Below, in pieces: positions 55,501 to 64,000 of a stretch of DNA of 64,000 nucleotides. The notes under the pieces are model-generated. The model had not been told where the DNA came from. It did no database searches and worked only from the letters and a program-made list of their open reading frames with translations. The DNA lies in contig CM102283.1 in assembly GCA_046563655.1 (NCBI GenBank), positions 1,550,001 through 1,614,000 on the forward strand, in the 5' to 3' direction. Both the position numbers and the translations under genes were made by a program. The number at the start of each line of letters is the position of its first letter. Position 1 is the first letter of the stretch. The stretch is from Yuukianura sp. NJ FZ-2021 (Eukaryota).

Positions 55501-57609
55501 ACCATGCCATCGTTTTTCCCTAAACAAAGGATAACATTTTCAAAAAAATCAAAAACTACAACAAAAGTTGTTCATAATTTTCAAAAAGTTTACCTGAAGG
55601 TTCGTCCAGGACAACTCCAGCCCATTCTCCTTTGGCAAATTGAGTCTCTCCAATAAAAGCGATTCTCCCGCGTTTTGACCCGCCAACCCATACCGTGTCA
55701 CCGATTATAAAACTGTCCGTATCTGAAGTAAGCACGCGGTCTGGATCTGAAAATCAAAAAAAAAGTTAGTTTAATGAATTCAAAAATTTTCATTTCTAAA
55801 AGTCGAAATTTTGAAACATCGCGCTCTAACTACTTTACTTATCACACTGACCATCATCATCATCCAAGAAAGCCACTGGCATTTTAGAAAAATCACTTTT
55901 TTTTACGAAAATACTTCAAAAATAAATAGTAGAAAATACGAGATTCTGAATTTCTAAGAGTTAAGTTTCGTCAGTGTTTCTTAGTCGATGGACTTTGTAG
56001 AAGTGATGACTGGAACAATGGAGCTCTGGAGCATTAAGGTTCCTTTTAAAGCGTCCAACCTCCCCTCCACTCCCATTACTTCCAATTATGTCCAGAACTT
56101 AATTGCTAACTACAAATGAATCATTGCAATTGCGGGAGGTCTCACGACTAGCTCCAGGCTTCTACGGAAAGATACGACACAGCACAATCTGCTTTAACTT
56201 ATTTTCTTGTCAAAAGTTAAACTTAAAACGACAAATCATCCTGGCCCGTCATAGTGGCTATTAAGTTCGCAAAACGTCGACACGACCTTCAGTTGGATGA
56301 AGTTACACTTCTCACACTTATGCGAAGTCGTGACCTTCATTGTAATTTCCACAAGTGGAGAAAACAAGAAACTAAGGCGCGGCAGTTGGACAACAAAGAA
56401 AAACTTAAATTGGAAAAGACGAATCGGGGCAAGAATGCGGAAAAAAAGGTTGCATTTTAAAAATGGGTGCGTTAATAACATTCTTCAGTTCAACCATGTT
56501 AACTTAACATCGCGCTGATTTTAACCTAAATAAAGATAAAACCTTGTTAAAACTATGTTAAACCGCATATTTAGTCACTTCATATTCATTTAGAATATAT
56601 TAGTGATTCATACACGATTCCGCCGCGTGACTGCCTACGTTAAGAAAACGATTAGCAAAAGCAATCTAGAATGTATTATCTGGTTTTTGCTAAGCATTTG
56701 ATGTGAACAAGATGTTCGATGTAAGTTTTTAGGTGTATTCTCAGCAGTGTAGTGTGGTACTAAGGTTTTTAGCTCCAAGTTATGCTCTAACACGTCTCTT
56801 TTAAACTTATGTTCATGTGTTATGTTATTTGTACTTTATACATTATGCATAAAGTTGAGTTAATACTTGCTTTGAGTGTTGTTGTTATTTAAGGATTTGC
56901 TTTAGTCCATTTATGGAAGATGAATTTCGGGTGTGAAAAATGTACTGCGAAATACTAAAGTACGAATCAACACAGAGAATCTGAACATCCTAGTGTGGGC
57001 GGACACACTTGTCTTGCTAAGAAAACGAATAACAATGAAAATGGACTTTTGTAAAACCCCACATGATGTGCGCTGATCCTTCCAAAAGTTATGCCATGTA
57101 GGATTTCATAACTCATGGAAATAGAATATTATAATCATCTTGCATAATTGATGCACACTGAAATCTGCCAGGTTAAGTTCAGGACGAATTAGATATTAGG
57201 TGATCTTCTCAGTGGGGTACCAGTTGAGTTTATAGTACTTATGGTAAGTACTTGTTAGTTGTTAACTTGCTGCAACCTTAAGTTTCCTCCTCCAACACAC
57301 AACTACAAACAATACTTGAATAATCAAACGAGACGACAGCATGACTTTCAAGATTCATTCATGGGTGGGCGGGTGAACGTATTTTTTAAGCTTAAGTTGT
57401 TGCTAACCTTGGCTAATACTTGTAGATAATGATAAGTTGCTCTTTTCCTTGGACATTGGACGTAAATTCTCAATGGAAGACGATGTACTTGTTGTTGCAG
57501 AAGAAGGCTTTCGTAAGGTGGGTAGCCCAGAAGGTCTTGGAATAGCTGGCTTCTTGGTCGCTGCGGCAGAGGTTCCTGCACTATTCGACGATGGAGTCTC
57601 CGACTCCAT
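49544..57609 (-). CDS. CLIP-190: CAP-Gly cytoplasmic linker protein CLIP-190/CLIP-170 (restin) orthologue
   Basis: Two CAP-Gly domains ([47 protein letters not shown]), a long coiled coil, two zinc knuckles ([34 protein letters not shown]) and C-terminal ETF-stop. Confidence 0.93.
50620..52860 (-). repeat. Triplicated long coding segment in the CLIP coiled coil
   Basis: [19 protein letters not shown]...[19 protein letters not shown]...EKLRISKE occurs three times, spaced 951 and 708 bp apart. Confidence 0.92.
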
Positions 57610-58044
57610 TTCAGCCTCTCGAAGTGTGAAGTAGAAGAAGGCACCAAGGAAGCACTCACACACAAAGCAGCAGGTTCAGTTATGTGGATTACAGTCCGGG
57701 TTGAATATAACGACGGAACGGATCCAGTTTATGATTTTCCACTCAGCAAGAAAGAGTTCTACAAGAAAGGTTATTATAAATTACAATGCCACTTAATTAC
57801 TGCATAGCGTGAGCTGTACTGTTGTTAATTGTGAAGTAGTATTCAAAGGAAAGGCAATGACGACTTCACTTACCACGGAAAAGTTGACAACGACAGCAAT
57901 CACCTGAAAATGACAATAATCACAGTTTTAACCTAATTGTTCGAGTTACCGACCAGAGATGAAATTGATGAATGTTGAGCTCAGAACAAGGTGAAGGTAT
58001 ACTTACGTTTACGTTACTTTATCACCGGTTACCGGTGATAAAAC

Positions 58045-58109
58045 CGATACGTTGTAGAATCGATACGTTGTAGAATCGAATCGATAGAACCGATACGTTG
58101 TAGAATCGA
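58045..58109. repeat. Short CGATACGTTGTAGAAT repeat (x3) in the divergent CLIP/TTC37 intergenic region
   Basis: Three visible copies of the 16-mer. Confidence 0.75.
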
Positions 58110-58899
58110 GGAGGCCTCTTTAGTGTTGACTGTTGACTTTAATCCGAGCGACGATAAAAAGAACAAAAGGAGTAGAAAAGTGGGAAACGTCTTTCTTCTT
58201 CTTTTGTTCAAACGGATGATGATGAGCCAGATAAAGACAACGGAAGATGATGATGATGTGATGAAGGATGAAGCAAAGATGTTCAAATCATCAATCAAGT
58301 TTTTGACCTTTGAGCAAAATGAATGAACAACAAAAAGGAAAAAACATCAGGAATTTCACTTTTAAAAGAGGTCCAGTTTCCCGCGCTGCTTCAAATGAGA
58401 CAGTATTTCTAAAAAATGATTTCTATAAAATATGTAATAACTATTTGTAAACAGAATTGCGATGTAATTCATATTCATTTACGAATAGTTACTTAAACTG
58501 ATTGACCTCAAGTTAACCTTTGCCAATTTAAACTGTAATAATTTAAATTAATAAATTACGCATACAAAGTTTCGTGTAACTTCTTCGATATCCGACATTT
58601 CCAGGGATTAGTGTATTAAAAAAAGCGCGCGAAAAAAATTAAAATTAATTTTTGTTTTTGAAGAGAAACATATGATCAAACATCGACAGCATCAAACATC
58701 AAACAAAAGTGGAACCGGAACGGGACGAACAGCTGAGATTTGCAAACCGATTTCTGTACATTAATTTGTATGATTAATTCTAGTATAAAGTTTTGGATTA
58801 ATTTGGGCAAAGTTACGTTTACTTAATAGTTCGTTTGCTTATACAAGCACTCATACAACTATTGTAGTATTTGGGATTAGAAACTGCAGTAAATAGGAA

Positions 58900-61800
58900 A
58901 TGGATTCGTCGGAAATCAAGAGTGCATTGAAACAAGCGAAAGGGATTCTGTCTAAAGGCGACAACGGTCAGGAAGCACTGAACATTCTTCGGGTAAGCAA
59001 CCTCACCCGTTAACTCCAATTGTTGAGTATTATAAACGTTAATGATCGATTGTGCCCTTTTAGCAAGTAATCAAAAACGATGCAAACAACTACCAAGCAC
59101 TGGTTCTTGAGGGAGCTGCATTACAACAGATTGGAAAAGGAACACAAAGTCTCCAGTCGTACAGGAAGGCAATTGCGTTGAATCCAAAACATTTTCTTGC
59201 CTGGCAGGGAATTGTTGCTCATTATGAGAAAAGAGGGGTCAAAGAGCATGAAGATCTGATTGAGGCCTACAAAAATATCAGCAAATACTACGAGAAGTAA
59301 GCGATTCATTTATTCTATTTTATATTTTAATTAATCAATTTTTTCTTGAATCAATAATGCTTTTCGTTCTGTTAGGGATGACGACAAATCGAAGTACGTT
59401 GAAGCTAGGTTGAAGTATGTTGGCCAGTTGCAGTCGCAAAACTTGTTTCCTCAGGCACTCCGAGTGCTTCTTAGCCTCATCAAATCCTACGGAACTAACA
59501 TCCAAATATCCCAGTCAGCTGTTGGTATCTTGAGTCAAATGAGCAATTTGGAAGACGAGGAAGAGGCTTTGGTAATTTATGTCTTCAACACTAAAATACT
59601 TGAAAAATTTCTTATATTTTTATTCCTTAGTACGTGACTTGTCTTCGCAACTTGCATGAAACAGCTTCTGCAACGGACGAGCAATACCGAAAGTACTTTC
59701 AACTTCTTTACAAGCAATCCAAGTTTGCTGAACTGGAAGACGTTTGTCGCGAATTGAATCCTCGATTCAACACATTCTACTACCCCCTGGACTATCTCTG
59801 TCGCTTGTACATTGAGAAGACGTTGAGTGACGAAGGAGTTGAACTCATCCCATCATGGATCCAAAAGCTATTTAAACTATATCCGTCCAGCTCATTCGGC
59901 AGTTTTGCCCAAGGCAAAATCTTTTTCGAAACTGGAATGTATCTGGATGCAATTACATGGCTAAAGCAAGGAACCGAGTCAAAGTTTCATGAAGAAGCTG
60001 TCTACCTGCTCATTCTCTCGTATCAGAAGATTTGGGATTTTGAACAAGCCGAAGACTATGCACTGAGGATGCTCAAGGTTACTAATCTGAGAGATTCTAA
60101 CAGATTCCTCCTTGCACTGGCCAATGCGTACATTCAACAGCAAAAGTTCAAGGAAGCTATAAACACTTTGCAAAATACTGCTCCTAGTGAAGAGATGAAC
60201 GTCCTCCAAGCTTTGATATTTTACGAAGAAGGAAAATTTGAAGACTTCCAGCAGATCTGTGTTCTAACAAATGACTGGAGGCTGGAACTTTGTTCTCTCA
60301 AACTGGACGTTACTAATGGATGCGAAGATGCTGCCGATCGCTTCCTGCAATTATCAGAGAAGTATCCAAACAACCTTGACCTCTTGCTGCTCATCGGAAT
60401 GGCCCTCAGAAAACTCGGATTATTCGATGAAGCCCTACATGCTTTTCAGCAGGTGAGGTCAAAGGTCACCTAAGTTACACTGTTAAACCTAGCAAAACCT
60501 CATCTTAACTTACATTTTTGTGTTTCAGTGCCTCTGCCTTTTCAAATCTCATCCAATACTGCTGATGGAACTAGCAGAGATGTTCAAAGAGGAAGAAGAG
60601 TATACGACGGCCTTGACCTATTTGAAATCTGCTTATAAAGCACTTCCGTCTTCTCAAATTGGCATGCGTCTCTCTGATCTTTATTTTCAACTCGGTGAAG
60701 TCGTAAGGAAACACTCGAAGAGTTATTCATATCTTTGGTTTTAATTAACTTACTAATTAGTTTTCACTTTTCAATATTTGACTTTGAAACTAGGAAGAAA
60801 ACAAAGCTCTGTTGAAGCAAGCTACGAAGACTTTGAAAAAGACAAAGTCCAAGTGGGCGTGGCTTCGCCTCGGAATGTTGTATCTGGAACTGAAAGATCC
60901 AAGCGAAGCTGTTTCAGCTCTGCAATCTGCTATTCGAACTGACATTGGAGATTGGTAAACTAGAAATCTTTGATTAATCAATCATTTTGTATTACTGCAA
61001 CGTTACCTGAACATAACATTATGAATTTGAATTCTAGTCATGTTTGGGAGACACTAGCAGAGGCCTACTATGCTCGAGGTTCTTACGAAGCTTCACTGAA
61101 AGCTTTTGAGCAGTGTTTAAAACTAGGTGCAGATCCGACCTACCCCAACTTCAAAATCGGCGTGATTCAGCGTCAGCTGGGAGAAGAGGAAGATGCTATC
61201 ACGACTCTGTCGAATCTTCCAGACTATACTCCAGCGGTAGTGGAATTGGCAAGAACTTATTTACAAATTGCGAGTAAAAAGTATGATGAAGGACTCAGTA
61301 TGGCTGTCATAACTGCGTTGAATCAAGCTTTCAAAATGTCTGCCAGGTAAACGAAAATTTTTTGGAAATATGTTTTTCTTTATCATTCACCTTAAAGTGG
61401 ATATTCAATTTCGATTTTTTTTTTGCTTTAGAGTGATGAATTCTCCTGAGCAACTTTTGGGTTTGACCTTGATGTCAGATGCAATTCTGCTCGGAGGTCA
61501 ACTTAGCCCAAACTCCGTGTTTTCCATTCCGGCGTCACTTATGCCCCAAAAGAGTGACGATGAAGTACAAGTTTCCGTTGAGGAACTTTTGAGGCTTGGT
61601 CTAAGGTTAGTTTCTACAATTACTTAACTTATATTAACACTAAATTATTGGATTTAGTTTAATTTTGGTATGATTAATTATTGTAATTACTTTAGAATTG
61701 CAGCCATTGTGATCAAGAACTCTGACTCGAAGCACTTGATTGCGTTTCAGCATTTTGTTATGGGAAAAATCTATTTACTACTTTACCAAAAGCTGTCTCT

Positions 61801-63923
61801 TCAAACTGTCCAGAAAGGACTTTATCATGCCAAAAAGGCAGTGTCAATCAACACTTCAAACTACTCCTACTGGAATTCACTTGGAATAGTTGCAGAGGGT
61901 AAGTGCAGCGACAACTCAAAATTTTGAAAACTTTTTCAAAATTTTCAAATTTTACCATTTTGATGTTTGTCAGCTGCTGGGGACAAGTCACTTGCTCTTC
62001 ATGCATATTTGAATTCGATTGAGAAGAATCCTACTGGCAGTGCAGCGACTTGGACAAATCTTGGACTTCTGCTCTACGCTTCCGGAAAATTCTTAGACGC
62101 TCATCTGTGCTTCAAGCAAGCACAACGATTTGAACCTGGATATGGCGCAGCTTGGATTGGACAAGTAATTCAAAAAATACCAATTAGATTTCAATTTATG
62201 AATGAAATTTTACTTCTTTTTTGCAAAACTTTTGATGAAATGTTCCTGAAATGTTTTTTTCGGTTTAGGGACTTGTTGCTGAGAGAATTACGAAAGAAGA
62301 TCACTGGACAGATCTGTACCGTCATGCTGCTGGCCTGGAAGAGACAGAAATCCAAGGAAGTCTGTGCTACGCCTTTCACATTGCCAAAATAATGTTGTCC
62401 GTTGATAGAACCAAGTTTGACCACCACTACAACTATACCATCAATCACTTGGATGCTCTCAACGTCAGTTTAGAACGAATTGGCCTCTTCAATCTTCGAC
62501 GTCCATCGGCAGCCTCTCTCTGTGTTCAGGGAATCCTGGAGAGTCAGCTAGGGCTTTTCGCAACGGCACTGGAAACGTTTGCAAAAGCTGCTCAACTGAC
62601 CAAAGATGCTGAGGAATTGCGGAAACTGGAACGCAACAATGTCGCTGTGCTGAAAGAGCTTGGAAGATTCAAAGAACTGCTAGAGCAGATTGACTCTCAT
62701 CCGAACAAGGCCTGGAATTTCAAAATCCGAGCATTGGAGGCACTCGCTCTGGAAAAAAGTGAGTTGAGTAAACACTGGAAACGAAAACCAATTTGTTTCA
62801 AAATATTTTTACGATGATTTCTGCTTTTTTTTTTCATTGTAGCTGGACAATTTGATCGTGCTTATGCTACTTTTGAAGAACTTCTGCCACGGTGCACCAG
62901 TGACACACAGAAAGCAAACATCCTGTTTTCCATGGCCTTGATTTCCAACCGACTCAACGGACTGGACACTGCAAAGACACTTTTCTTTAAGGCGTACGTC
63001 GGAATTGAAAGAATTCCAACCTAATCTTAATCTTAACCTAATCTTAAACCTAACTTTATGCTTTTGTTTGAATAGTTGCGAGTGCGATCCGACACCTCGA
63101 AGCTATACAGCTCTGTGTTCACTTGCTCTTTTGTCTGGTGACCTCCGTCTGGCTCAAGGTGTCGTTCATAGAATGGAACGCAACTTCCAGAAACAGAAGT
63201 ACATTCACACCATTGCACAGTTCAAGTCATTCTCAAACGTGGCTGCGGTGAGTTGGTCATTTGAAATTTTTCAGCATTTTTTTAGTTTCGACTTTTTGTT
63301 TTTATGTTTGGAAAGTTTTTCTGAAACTGATTATTTTTTTGTCAGGGCGCCGATCCCTTGTCAGCTCTACGCGGCATCCTATCCTTCATCCGGAAGTATC
63401 CAAGAAGTGGAAAGCTATGGACAGTACTTGGCAATCACTTTATAAACTTTCAAAGTGAGGGCAGAATGGGCCGACGGGCGCTGACTGCAGCGTCTGTTCT
63501 TGGAGAACAAGCGACTCAACCAGCCATTGCACTCACTTATCTCCTGGAAGGAGACCTGGAACGAGCATTGAAAGAAGCCCAGAAAGGAATTCTCCAAAAC
63601 CCTAACCAACTGGCGCCAATTGCAATACTAGTCGCTACGCTTGCTGCCAAGTATGTTCCAAATTCAAAATGTTTTCAGTTTCAAAATTTTGAACTTATTA
63701 GTCAGGAAGTTTGACGTTTTATCAGTTTTTGGTGTGCTTTTCATACTTACTCGTTTTTTCGTGTTCCAGAGAAGCGTCCGTTGGTTCTACTTCTGTCTAT
63801 GCTGTAAATTTGGCCCGAAAAGGAGTGGACATGGTGGCCAATGATAAGGTTTCCATAGATGATCGAACCGAATCACTCCACAAATGGCTTCAAGAGTACT
63901 TGGCAATTGCATGCGCTGCGTAA
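58900..63923 (+). CDS. TTC37: Superkiller complex TPR protein SKI3/TTC37 (multi-exon)
   Basis: N-terminus MDSSEIKSALKQAK...NNYQALVLEGAA...YRKAIALNPKHFLAWQGI, plus KWAWLRLG, WETLAEAYYARGSYEASLKAF, YWNSLG, WTNLGLL and AAWIGQ, matching the SKI3 TPR pattern. Confidence 0.88.
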
Positions 63924-64000
63924 CAAGTTTATGGCAACGTGGAACACAAGAGATTTATACAGTCTTCCAGAGATCTCAGAGATTTCTAAAATTCTTTGTT

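Noticed and set aside
38906-63923. DHX9, TTC37 and the hairpin TE as a linked RNA-surveillance cluster
   Set aside because: Ordinary housekeeping genes separated by unrelated genes; nothing in the sequence supports functional linkage.

Overview
Eukaryotic, AT-rich, intron-dense (mostly short GT-AG introns) animal genomic DNA. The gene set points to an arthropod (a springtail-like hexapod is plausible, but the taxon is inference only). No CRISPR, rRNA or tRNA is recognisable. Left to right: an ionotropic-receptor (IR) gene, a 4-TM orphan, a secreted bacterial-type alkaline-phosphatase-superfamily gene with an inserted 7-aa repeat, an acidic orphan ORF, an ABCC4/MRP4-like transporter and a stand-alone atypical tyrosine phosphatase. 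Next is an ~11 kb plastic block (17.4-28.7 kb): a tandem duplication of a stand-alone PHR-domain gene whose first copy was invaded by nested inverted-repeat transposons. One of these is a Tc1 derivative rearranged into a 644-bp-arm hairpin over its own transposase 5' end. Then come a defensin-like Cys-rich secreted peptide, four tandem trypsin-like proteases, DHX9/maleless, a ZAD-like C2H2 zinc-finger gene, CLIP-190/CLIP-170 with a triplicated coiled coil, and TTC37/SKI3. Exon structures were read by eye, so multi-exon CDS coordinates are gene spans. Family calls rest on motif recognition, not database searches.
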